From Nemertoderma westbladi (lineage: Eukaryota > Animalia > Xenacoelomorpha), in assembly GCA_032718475.1 (NCBI GenBank), contig JAUCBJ010001555.1, positions 1-64,000 of the forward strand: a stretch of DNA of 64,000 nt, read 5' to 3'. How positions within the stretch are numbered: the stretch's first letter is position 1; each line of letters starts with the position of its first letter. Below the pieces are notes generated by a model, which made no database searches, was not told the DNA's origin, and saw only the letters and a list, made by a program, of their open reading frames with translations. Shown piece by piece: positions 17,957 to 29,693 of this stretch. The translations under genes were made by a program, and so were the position numbers.

Positions 17957-20106
17957 CTAACTGTCTTTATGTTTTTTTCTAGTTAGTAATTTAACTAAGT
18001 GGCTCTGGTTAGTTTTATTCAATAATTCACAGAATACAATAAAGTCATCATAAGGTCTCCTTTTAATGGCTTCTATTAGTTCGCTGTTTTTTTGTAAACC
18101 AGTCGGCTGATATTTGATCTGTTCAATAAGATTTTCAGTAAGAATATTTCTACTTCTCAATAGCGGTAACAATTCACTCAGCTCCATGTTATAAACCAGT
18201 TCAACTTTATTCCTCATAAGAATATTTTCAAATTCTACATCAACATTTCCTTTTATCATATCTACTAAATGTTGTTGGTTTGTTTGTGTTAAACTATCCA
18301 TAAATACTTTCATAATGGACTCTGATTTCCCTTTCAGAGATTCTATAATGGCTCGGCTCTTTAGTATTTTCGTTTCTCGTGTTTGTATAAACTGAATCTG
18401 ATCATTGTTTAGTATAAAACTTTTTTCGATATATAGTAATAACTCAGTTGGTTCAAGTTTTTCTTCAATTTTTTTTGTTTCAACTTTTAAATATTCCCGA
18501 TCCTTTGATTTAACTAAAAACCAAGTTTTATATTCCTGAGTTTCTATACTTGCATTATTCTCACAGGTAATTATTGGTTTACTCAAACAATCTGATAGTA
18601 GAATAAAGTGGATACAGGATTCATTGTGGCATTTATATAGGCCATGTCTTTCACATTTATATGAACAAGGACATGTTACTTTCAATTGAAAATCAACAAT
18701 ATTATTTATTTTTCCAGCTGATATAAGTTCTCCCAAGCTGTCAACAATGTAATCTTTTACTCTGTTTGCAAAATCAGAATCTGGAGGACTTATAACATTT
18801 TCGTTGCTTTCAATATTATCTTTAGGTTTCATAAGAACTTTTCTTACAATTTGGACTTTTATTCTAGAAAAATGCCTTGGAGACACATATAGAATTATAT
18901 CGTGATCAACATCACAGTATATAACTACAGACCGGTAGTAAAGAGTTGGTTCAGATTTAATATCTCCAATGAGATACGACCATTCTATAAGGCGTTTTAC
19001 TAGTCGATAAAATAGACCCTCAGGTAAAAAACCATTAAATGCAATAAAAAATTCAATATCATTCGCTTTAATAGGGTAAATAGGCTGATTGGCATTCTTA
19101 AGTCTACAAGGTACATAATATGATTTATTCATTTTTGACTTTTTTAACAATGGTTCTGATTCGTCTCCATTACCTGGCACAGTTTCTCCTATTCTTTCAC
19201 ATATTAAATCAAAACGCTCTAGGATTTTTAACATAAAAGTTTTTTTGAGTCCCATATTACCCCAGATATCGTCCAGTAGATCCCAGTGCAATATACCCTT
19301 GTCATCCAAATCCTCAAAATATTTCAAATTTTTCCAATTGATATGTTCTTTGACTGTAATAATACTGGCAAACATTGAACTTAACCACTCTGGTTTCAAT
19401 ATAATTGTATCATGCAACGATTCTTCATCAAAATAGATAATTCTACCTCTATCATGGTAAAATTCTAACATTGTCTTTAAACCGGGGTATTCAAATTCTA
19501 CTTTTATTTCCTTCAACTTACATTCTAAATCTATAATATCAATATATACGTCATCATTTTTAAGTAATTGAGTTACAAGTTTTTCAAATTTTAAATAATC
19601 CAAAGGAATTTCTTCCTTAAATTTGTCCATTTCTTTAACAATTTCTAGCTGTAAGTTTTGAAGTTCTTCATCTGAATCTGATCTTGCCTTTTTGCTATTT
19701 TCCACAGCAAATGCTTCTTTAACTAAAATATTGCAATGCAATGTGGACTTTAATAGTCGGAAAATTTCTTTAAACTTTTTACGAGCTAAAATGTTCTGAG
19801 TTTCTGGATCTTCATGCAAACTAGCTTTCTTTGTTCCAACTAAGAATACTGGAGGACCAGAAATGTTTGCGCCACTTTCTGAATTATTTTTACCAAATGT
19901 AAATATATTGCGCAACCAAAAAGCAATAAATTCTATATTAGTCATCTCGCTATATATCTTATTTATATTCTCTTCATCGGCTCTGAATATAATGTTGGCT
20001 GTTTTATCAGCATCTTGGGTAAGATCAAAAACAACTATATAAATATCCCGTCTACTTAGAAACATCTAATGGGTTGTGTAATAAATACATTGGCCACCAA
20101 AATCGA
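17957..20106 (-). pseudogene. 5'-truncated Roco paralog: C-terminal half of Roc, COR, Cys/His cluster, 2 CARD-like domains
   Basis: Starts at DFGGQCIYYTTH, followed by an in-frame TAG at 20066-20068 (CAG in the intact paralog), then a 702-aa ORF colinear with the 23709-27362 ORF. The P-loop region is missing. Confidence 0.75.
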
Positions 20107-22798
20107 GGGATAGGCGGGACAATAGGGGGGAACAATAGGCGAGGCAATAGGCGGGACAATAGGCGGGACAATAGGCGGGACAATAGGCGGGACAATAGGG
20201 GGGTACAATAGGCGGGACGATGGGCGGGACAATAGGCGGGACAATAGGGGGGACAATAGGCGGGACAATAGGGGGGTACAATAGGCGGGACAATAGGCGG
20301 GGCAATAGGCGGGACAATAAGCGGGACAATAGGCGGGACGATGGGCGGGACAATAGGCGGGACAATAGGCGGGACAATAGCGGGGACAATAGGCGGGACA
20401 ATAGGGGGGACGATAGGCGGGGCAATAGGTGGGAACAATAGGGGGGACGATGGGCGGGACAATAGGCGGGACAATAGGGGGGACAATAGGCGGGACAATA
20501 GGGGGGTACAATAGGCGGGACAATAGGGGGGTACAATAGGCGGGACAATAGGCGGGGCAATAGGCGGGACAATAGGCGGGACAATAGGGGGGACGATGGG
20601 CGGGACAATAGGGGGGACGATGGGCGGGACAATAGGCAGGACAATAGGCGGGACAATAGGGGGGACGATGGGCGGGACAATAGGCGGGACAATAGGGGGG
20701 ACAATAGGCGGGACAATAGGGGGGACAATAGGCGGGACAATAGGGGGGTACAATAGGCGGGACAATAGGCGGGGCAATAGGGGGGTACAATAGGCGGGAC
20801 AATAGGCGGGGCAATAGGCGGGACAATAGGCGGGGCAATAGGCGGGATAATAGGCGGGACAATAGGCGGGACAATAGGCGGGACAATAGGCGGGACAATA
20901 GGCGGGACAATAAGCGGGATAATAGGCGGGACAATAGGCCGGACAATAGGCGGGACAATAGGCGAGACAATAGGCGGGACAATAGGCGGGACAATAGGCA
21001 GGACAATATGCGGGGCAATAGGCGGGACAATAGGCGGGACAATAGGCAGGACAATAGGCGGGATAATAGGGGGGACAATAGGCGGGACAATAGGGGGGAC
21101 AATAGGCGGGACAATAGGGGGGGTACAATAGGCGGGACAATAGGCGGGGCAATAGGGGGGTACAATAGGCGGGACAATAGGCGGGGCAATAGGCGGGATA
21201 ATAGGCGGGACAATAGGCGGGACAATAGGCGGGACAATAGGCGAGACAATAGGCGGGACAATAAGCGGGACAATAGGCGGGACGATGGGCGGGACAATAG
21301 GCGGGACAATAGGGGGGACAATAGGCGGGACAATAGGGGGGACAATAGGCGGGACAATAGGGGGGTACAATAGGCGGGACAATAGGCGGGGCAATAGGGG
21401 GGTACAATAGGCGGGACAATAGGCGGGGCAATAGGCGGGGCAATAGGGGGGTACAATAGGCGGGACAATAGGCGGGGCAATAGGCGGGACAATAGGGGGG
21501 ACAATAGGCGGGACAATAGGGGGGACAATAGGCGGGACAATAGGCGGGACAATAGGCGGGATAATAGGCGGGACAATAGGGGGGGCAATAGGCGGGATAA
21601 TAGGCGGGACAATAGGCGGGACAATAGGCGGGACAATAGGCGGGACAATAGGCGAGACAATAGGCGGGACAATAAGCGGGACAATAGGCGGGACGATGGG
21701 CGGGACAATAGGCGGGACAATAGGGGGGACAATAGGCGGGACAATAGGGGGGACAATAGGCGGGACAATAGGGGGGTACAATAGGCGGGACAATAGGCGG
21801 GGCAATAGGGGGGTACAATAGGCGGGACAATAGGCGGGGCAATAGGCGGGGCAATAGGGGGGTACAATAGGCGGGACAATAGGCGGGGCAATAGGCGGGA
21901 CAATAGGGGGGACAATAGGCGGGACAATAGGGGGGACAATAGGCGGGACAATAGGGGGGTACAATAGGCGGGACAATAGGCGGGGCAATAGGGGGGTACA
22001 ATAGGCGGGACAATAGGCGGGGCAATAGGCGGGGCAATAGGGGGGTACAATAGGCGGGACAATAGGCGGGGCAATAGGCGGGACAATAGGCGGGGCAATA
22101 GGCGGGACAATAAGAGGGACAATAGGCGGGACGATGGGCGGGACAATAGGCGGGACAATAGGGGGGTACAATAGGCGGGACAATAGGCGGGGCAATAGGC
22201 GGGACAATAGGCGGGACAATAGGGGGGACGATGGGCGGGACAATAGGCGGGACAATAGGGGGGACAATAGGCGGGACACTAGGCGGGACAATAGGCGGGA
22301 CGATGGGCGGGACGATGGGCGGGACAATAGGCGGGACAATAGGGGGTACAATAGGCGGGGCAATAGGCGGGACAATAAGCGGGACAATAGGCGGGACACT
22401 AGGGGGGACAATAGGCGGGACAATAGGGGGGTACAATAGGCGGGACAATAGGCGGGGCAATAGGCGGGACAATAAGCGGGACAATAGGCGGGACACTAGG
22501 GGGGACAATAGGCGGGACAATAGGGGGGTACAATAGGCGGGACAATAGGCGGGACAATAGGCGGGACAATAAGCGGGACAATAGGCGGGACGATGGGCGG
22601 GACAATAGGCGGGACAATAGGGGGGACGATGGGCGGGACAATAGGCGGGACAATAGGGGGGACAATAGGCGGGACACTAGGCGGGACAATAGGCGGGACG
22701 ATGGGCGGGACAATAGGCGGGACAATAGGCGGGACAATAGGCGGGACGATGGGCGGGACAATAGGCGGGACAATGGGCGGGACGATGGGCGGGACAAT
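20107..22798. repeat. 12/13-bp G-rich minisatellite (GGGACAATAGGC)n
   Basis: Over 200 units. The same motif occurs at ~23453-23478 and 27772-28045. Confidence 0.95.
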
Positions 22799-22799
22799 T

Positions 22800-23432
22800 C
22801 CCTATTCCGATGCCCTTCTTGGGAACTGGCACCAACTTATTTGTTTTCATTTCTTGTGGGACTCTTGTTGTTCGGTACATGTCTACTATGATGGGATAGA
22901 TGAGCTTTAAACACTCAGGTATTTTAAAGACCTCAGGGGGAACACCATCTACTCCACTGGCACGATTGGTCTTGATGCTCTTTGCAGCAGCCTTCACTTC
23001 TGTAAAGGAGATATCGCCAATGGGAATATCTGGGAGTACAGACTCAGATACTTTTACTTCTATAAAGTTATCAGGCAATACCCTGTCATTATTGAGGAGC
23101 TTTTCAAAGTGGGCTTTCCAACCATTGAGGCGATCGGCTGGTGATTCAGCCTTAACCTTGGTGGTTGGTTGGCTTTTCCGCCCAGTAAGCAAATTGATCG
23201 ATTTCCATGCCTGGGATGATTGCCTGCTGTCGTCAGCATCATTGATGGCAGCAACCTGTTGGTTTACTAGCTCCTGTAGATTAACAGAGAACTGCCTGTT
23301 CAGGGACCTAGATGCAGCCTTAACTGCATTCTTGGCCGCTGTAGTCTGTTTGAGTCGGGACTCTTTCTGCGCCTTATGAAGGTCATTTCGACACTTCTGA
23401 ATTTTGTTGTCAGTCCAGGGTGTCCTTTTCCT
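22800..23432 (-). mobile_element. RTE/CR1-like LINE ORF2 fragment (linker and start of reverse transcriptase)
   Basis: WKAHFEKLLN...ISFTEVKAAAKSIKTNRASGVDGVPPEVFK...LVPVPKKG is the canonical pre-RT segment of non-LTR elements. Confidence 0.85.
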
Positions 23433-23536
23433 GTTTCATTTGAGTAGGTGGGAAAATAGGCGGGACAATAGGGACAATATGTATTTCGTGGTTAGTTACA
23501 TTTGAGACAGAATTACACATTATACAAATTTCTCGT

Positions 23537-23715
23537 AAATTACTCAACTAAATTACTCAACTTAATTACTCAACTAAATTATTCAACTAAATTACTCAAC
23601 TAAATTACTCAACTAAATTACTCAACTAAATTATTCAACTAAATTACTCAACTAAATTACTCAACTAAATTACTCAACTAAATTACTCAACTAAATTACT
23701 CAACTAAATTACTCA
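23537..23715. repeat. 13-bp tandem repeat (AAATTACTCAACT)n overlapping the Roco stop codon
   Basis: About 13 copies; the minus-strand unit GAGTAATTTAGTT includes the terminal Glu-stop codons. Confidence 0.9.
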
Positions 23716-26700
23716 TTATCAGAAATATCTTGAAATAGATTTACCAAATGTCCCTGTTCTGTATCAACTAATCCGTCACAGAATATCTTAAAGTCACTAT
23801 AAGGACGTTTTTTTAGTTGCTCAATAAGTTCGTTATTCTTTTCTGTATCAGTTGTCTTAGAATTAATATTCTCAATAACAAATTGGTTTACAACGAATTT
23901 AGCTTGTAGGTATATAATTAGTTCTGGTAGAATTAGCATTTCAGATAATTCATACTGATTTTTTGTTAACATAATTTTGTGGTGGTGTCGGTCGAATTTA
24001 ATTTCAGATTTAATGTCTTCTAAAAACAAAAATAATTCAGCTATATGTTCCTGTCCTGTCTCCATCAAACTATTACAGAATAGTTGGAAATCTTTGTAAG
24101 GTCGTTTCTTTATGAAGTTTACAAGTTCGCTGTTTCTTTCTATTGAAGTTGTCTTTGAATTAATTGATTGTACCATAAAATCATTCACAACAAATTTACT
24201 ATATAAAACGATAAGCAATTCATCGAGTTCAATATTTTTTGCCAAGACATATTGAAGACGAGTCAGCATATATTGGTGTTGTCTATTAAAAGATACTTCC
24301 GTTTTCGAGTTTTCCAGAAATAAAAATAGTTCAGCTAAATGTCTCTGATTGGTCACTTTCAGTCCCTCACAGAATATCAGAAACTCACTGTAATTACGAC
24401 CTTTAATTTCATTAATTAGCAAATTGTTCCTTTCAGCTGTTGTTCGTTCGGATTGTATTAAATCCACAACTGATTTATTCAGAACAGATTCACTCTGTAA
24501 ATATATCAACAGTTCGCCAATTTCTAAATCTTCAGCTAGTCTCTGTTGTAGTTCATTGAGTTTGCTACAATGGAATGGTTCTATTTCTTGGGTTAATTTA
24601 GTTTCTGTAAACCATTTTTGATACTGATATGTTTTCACTTTTTGACGACTTTGGTCACAAAGAACCTCATTATTTGTTAGACAATTCTCGAGGCAAAGAA
24701 AATGAATACAAGACATTTCCCCACAATCGTTTAACTTGTGACTTACACAACATGCATTACAATAGCATCTCACTTTCAAACGAAACCCTATGTTACATTG
24801 CTTACCAATAAAATTCGTTAAAATTTCTTTTATTTGCTCTTTAAATCGAGTAGCTATTTCTCGGTCAGGACCTGAAATAGACTCAACTTTATGGTGAATC
24901 AAAATAGTTGGTCTTCTTATTAATTGAACTTTTATCCTGTAAAGATGAGGCGGAGCCTTTTCAATAACAATTTCGTGATCTAAATCAAGATATATTTGAC
25001 TAAATCTATGGAACAATTTTGGTTCAATTTCTCGGTCACCATTTGCATAACACCATTCTATAGTGTGTTTTACCAACTTAAAGTATAAACTCTCTGGAAG
25101 GAAACCATCAAATTCTATATAAAATTCAACGTCATTTTCTGTGATTGGAAATCCATCTATTTCCTCCAAAGGTTTAAGTCTGCAAGGTACATAGTATGAT
25201 GACATCATAGCAACACCTGTTGTTGGTGATGTGTTTTTATTTGTAATTGCAGGAATTCTCTCACACAATAAATCAAATCGTTCTAGAATATTTAACACAA
25301 ACATAATTTTAGATGGTTCAGTAATATCCCACCATATATAATCAACAAGTTCCTTGTGTAATATTCCTCTATCGTCTAGATCCTTCCATAATTTAATATG
25401 TTCAGGTTTTATTTTGTCTACTACCGTTATTATTCTTTTAAACATACCGCTCAACCACTCTGGGCTCAATATAACTGTATCTCTCAATGATTCGTCATCA
25501 AAGTAAATTATTGTCCCCAAATCGTGGTGGAAATTCAACATTGTTTTCAAACCTGAACCTTCAAAAACAACTCCGATCTCCGTTAATAAATTATCCAAGT
25601 CCATCACATCAACACAAATTTTATCACGAGCTAATAATTTAACGACCAGCTGTTGAAACTTAAGATATTGTAAAGGTATTTCTTCCTTAAATTTAACCAT
25701 TTCTTCTACAATTTCTTTCTGTAGCGCTTCAAGTTCCTTATCACCAACAGACCTCAGTTCCGGATCATTCTCAATAGCAAAATAATTTCTAACAAGTTTT
25801 TTATACGACATTTGATTTATAAAAGTTAAAATATTAGTGAATTGATTTCTTACGAAACCAGTTTTTATTTTTGGATCGCATTTATTGGTTCCAACAATAA
25901 ATACTGGAGGTGCAGTAGTTTCAGGAACGCAAAATAATTTGTTGCTAAATGTGAAAATATTACGGAACCAAAAATCAATAAAATCTATATTCTTCATATC
26001 ACCATAAACTTTGTGAATATTTTCATCTTCAGCTCCCACTATAATTTCAGCCTGATCAGAAAGTTCATGCGAAAGATTAAACACAACGATATAAATAGCC
26101 CGTCTACTTAGAAACATCTGATGGGTTGTGTAATAAATACATTGGCCACCAAAATCGACTATCTGTAAAGAAAAGCGACTGTCTTCTTCATTAAATTTAG
26201 CCAGAATATCTTGAGGTTTACCAGATAACAATATATCCTCTACTCCGCTTGTGATGTTGTCAGGAATATCATTTTCCATAGCTCCCCTTATGGGTTGCCT
26301 AGAAAGATTTGCTTCAATAGATTTACTTTCATTCTCACCAGTTAATAAAGTTGTTATAAAGCTACTATATTTTGTCTTTAAACCAGGTAATACTGAAACT
26401 ACCCGCCTCCACAAACTATCCTTTTGAACTTTCTCAGCACCATAACTTGAAGTTGACGTAGCAATCTTAGGTTGATCATTAGTAGAAGATGAAGATGTTG
26501 CAACTGAGGGTGTCGCAATACCAATACCCATTGCTGAAGTTCCAGAAATATCAGACTCATCACCTGCAACTTGTTTTCTTTCTAGAACTGTTTTTGCAAT
26601 TTCCTTAGTAATGACGACATCAACAGCTGTCTCAGGCTCTTCTTTCATGTTGGTCCAATTTGTGTTTTGTTCGGTATTTATAATACAGTTAGCAGATGAG

Positions 26701-27313
26701 TCAATACCATCAGTTATTGGTTCATTTATATCAAACGGTTGACCAATAAGGGACTTCTTCAAACTAGTTTTACCAGCCCTCTCTTGTCCCACTAACATTA
26801 ACCGAGTTTTCAGTATCCATGTAGTCCCTTTAGAAAGAGCTGCTTTATAAGCAGCCAATGCTTCTGGGCCTCTCGCCAGTATCTCTATCGGCAGTTTTTG
26901 TTCTTTTATATAATTAATTAAAATTTTTGGAAGTTTCAGTGTATTTGATCCACTTATATTCATAATCATAAGTCCCATGTCTCTGAATTTATTAACAATT
27001 TCTAATGTTGAAACTTCATTTAAACCCCAAATACTAACCAGATTCTGGGTTGTTAACTCAGAAATATCTACATCCAGTCTAAAGTAAAGTTCTTTCTCTT
27101 TATCTGAAAGAACATCAACAGAAGATATAATTATATCAGTTATCTTACCCTGGAGTGGTTTATTTATGGGACCAACCCATCCAATATACTCAACAATTTC
27201 CTTTAATTCTTCAGTTTTCTCCAATATACTTTCCACCTGTTCGACACTTTTCTTTCTTTCAGTTTGACCTTCACGGAACGTATCAATTACTGTAATTGTG
27301 CCGCCATTATCTC
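23709..27313 (-). CDS. Terminal exon of a Roco-family gene: end of last WD40 blade, Apaf-1-like winged helix, Roc GTPase, COR, Cys/His cluster, 3 CARD-like death folds
   Basis: G1 LVGQERAGKTS, G2 TDGID, G3 DFGGQ..YYTTHQMFLS, G4 VGTNKCD; COR motifs ML.F.HDLG.IIYF, VIL.PEWL, YYVP; three ~85-aa repeats of type L..L...ELL.YL....V.......I....T...N..L...IK.R....F..FC..L..T.Q.H. Acceptor CCTTTATACAG| at 27314. Confidence 0.9.
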
Positions 27314-27771
27314 CTGTATAAAGGATAATTATTATTAAGCTGTCTTTCCACTGAGTTGACATCCAATATTACGATGAAAAATTATGGGTTGGAGCAAGAT
27401 AAATTTTATTAATCAAGTTACAAATATAATTATAAATATAATTCGTTAGGGTCTCCAATATGCACCTACGGTCCCTATACGTTTCCCTGCCTATGTCTTC
27501 TGTTTTTTGGTTACAACATTTATTCTGGTTTTAGTGCAATTTCCAACCGATATAAAGTCGTACGTTACGTTAGTCAATTCTGCAATTTATATTAGAATTT
27601 GTACTTTAGTGATAATGATAGCGCTGAGCTACCGAAATATATTTATAATAATATTTGAAATTTGATTAATATATTTAACTTGCTCCAATCCAGAATTTTT
27701 CATCGAATATAACTGACATCTCAAACTTTCTTATAGTTAATCCAAAATTACGTATTATAGCAAGGATAAAC

Positions 27772-28045
27772 GGGCAATAGGCGGGACAATAGGCGGGTCA
27801 ATAGGCGGGACAATAGGCGGGACAATAAGCGGGACAATAGGCGGGATAATAGGCGGGACAATAGGCGGGGCAATAGGCGGGACAATAGGCGGGACAATAG
27901 GCGGGACAATAGGCGGGACAATAGGCGGGACAATAGGTGGGACAATAGGCGGGACAATACGCGGGACAATAGGCGGGACAATAGGCGGGACAATAGGCGG
28001 GACAATAGGTGGGACAATAGGCGGGACAACAGGCGGGAGAATAGG
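27772..28045. repeat. Intronic (GGGACAATAGGC)n minisatellite
   Basis: About 22 copies of the same 12-mer as 20107-22798. Confidence 0.92.
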
Positions 28046-28120
28046 ATGGTTAAAATTATAAAAATAAGTTTTTTGCATTATTTCTGAACCGAAGTATGAA
28101 GCTGAAATACAATATCTCAC

Positions 28121-28372
28121 TGATACTGTATACTGTTAATATAAACAACTACTGTACCCGCGATACTGTATACTGTTAATATAAACAACTACCCGCGATA
28201 CTGTATACTGTTAATATAAACAACTACCCGCGATACTGTATACTGTTAATATAAACATCTACCCGCGATACTGTATACTGTTAATATAAACATCTACCCG
28301 CGATACTGTATACTGTTAATATAAACAACTACTCGCGATACTGTATACTGTTAATATAAACAACTACCCGCG
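28121..28372. repeat. 35-bp tandem repeat, ~7 copies
   Basis: Unit GCGATACTGTATACTGTTAATATAAACAACTACCC (copies at 28161 and 28196). Confidence 0.9.
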
Positions 28373-28612
28373 AGATGTGGTCGATAATAGTCTCCAACAG
28401 TCCGCCAGCTCCAACAGTAGCACCCAAACCTACAGATGATACTTAATGTTTTATACGATTTGTACCAACAGTCTCCAAAGCTATAAAAACAATCCTTGAT
28501 CAGATTGGATTGCACACATTTAATTTCGAACGTAGGTAGACTCGGTCAAATATATTGGACTAGACGAACTACCAATTTAATCTTCGGTCTAACAGCAGTC
28601 AATAGTGCTGGT

Positions 28613-29693
28613 TTACAAGGCGGAGATAACTCCCTCTTGAAATGACTCCCCAATCGTCTCAGCCTAGGTTGAGAACACTCTCCACTCCCAGTTATCATAG
28701 TCTAGGCTTAGAACACTCCCCTTAGGCTGAGATGACTCCACTTAGGCTGAGATGACTCCCTTTAGGCTGAGATGACTCCCCTTAGGCTGAGATGACTCCC
28801 CTTAGGCTGAGATGACTCCCCTTAGGCTGAAATGACTCCCCTTAGGCTGAGATGACTCCCCTTAGGCTGAGATGACTCCCCTTAGGCTGAGATGACTCCC
28901 CTTAGACTGAGATGACTCCCCTTAGGCTGAGATTACTCTACATAGGCTGAGATGACTCCCCTTAGGCTGAGATGACTCCCCTTAGGCTGAGATGACTCCC
29001 CTTAGGCCGAGATGACTCCCCTTAGGCTGAGATGACTCCCCTTAGGCTGAGATGACTCCCCTTAGGCCGAGATGACTCCCCTTAGGCTGAGATGACTCCC
29101 CTTAGGCTGAGATGACTCCCCTTAGGCTGATATGCCTCCCCTTAGGCTGCGATGACTCCCCTTAGGCTGAGATGACTCCCCTTAGGATGAGATGACTCCC
29201 CTTAGGCTGAGATGACTCCCCTTAGGCTGAGATGACTCCCTTTAGGCTGAGATGACTCCCCTTAGGCTGAGATGTCTCCCCTTAGGCTGAGATGACTCCC
29301 CTTAGGCTGCGATGACTCCCCTTAGGCTGAGATGACTCCCCTTAGGCTGAGATGACTCCCCTTAGGCCGAGATGACTCCCCTTAGGCTGAGATGACTCCC
29401 CTTAGGCTGAGATGACTCCCCTTAGGCCGAGATGACTCCCCTTAGGCTGATATGACTCCCCTAATTGAGTTATAATTCATATCCGTACCTGTGCTATTTC
29501 CGTATATTGCAAAAATTAAACTGTTACCTATGTTAATGAGTTATCGTTTATTGTTTTGGTTAGAAAAGCCCGCCACTGTAACCTGCTCCTTTCCGTTAAT
29601 TAAGAAATCTAGGAAGAAAACTGGGGGTGTTCTCAGCCTAGGCTGAAAAGACTGGGGAGTCATATTTGGTGGGGAGTTATCTCAGCCTGTTAC
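28613..29693. mobile_element. Non-autonomous DNA transposon (MITE-like) with ~70-bp imperfect TIRs and an internal 20-bp array (CTTAGGCTGAGATGACTCCC)n
   Basis: Left end ACAAGGCGGAGATAACTCCC...CAGCCTAGGTTGAGAACAC matches the reverse complement of the right end, ACAGGCTGAGATAACTCCC...CAGCCTAGGCTGAGAACAC. About 37 copies of the 20-mer lie at 28721-29460. Confidence 0.7.

Noticed and set aside
20052-22910. Long PPIV / CPAY / SRLL ORFs, one running into DFGGQ
   Set aside because: Products of the 12/13-mer array with constant frame switching; the fusion to Roc is incidental and ends at a TAG.
27314-27362. ATG start MSTQWKDSLIIIILYT of the 1217-aa ORF
   Set aside because: Lies in the intron's AT-rich acceptor region; the spliced model completes a WD40 blade and fits better.
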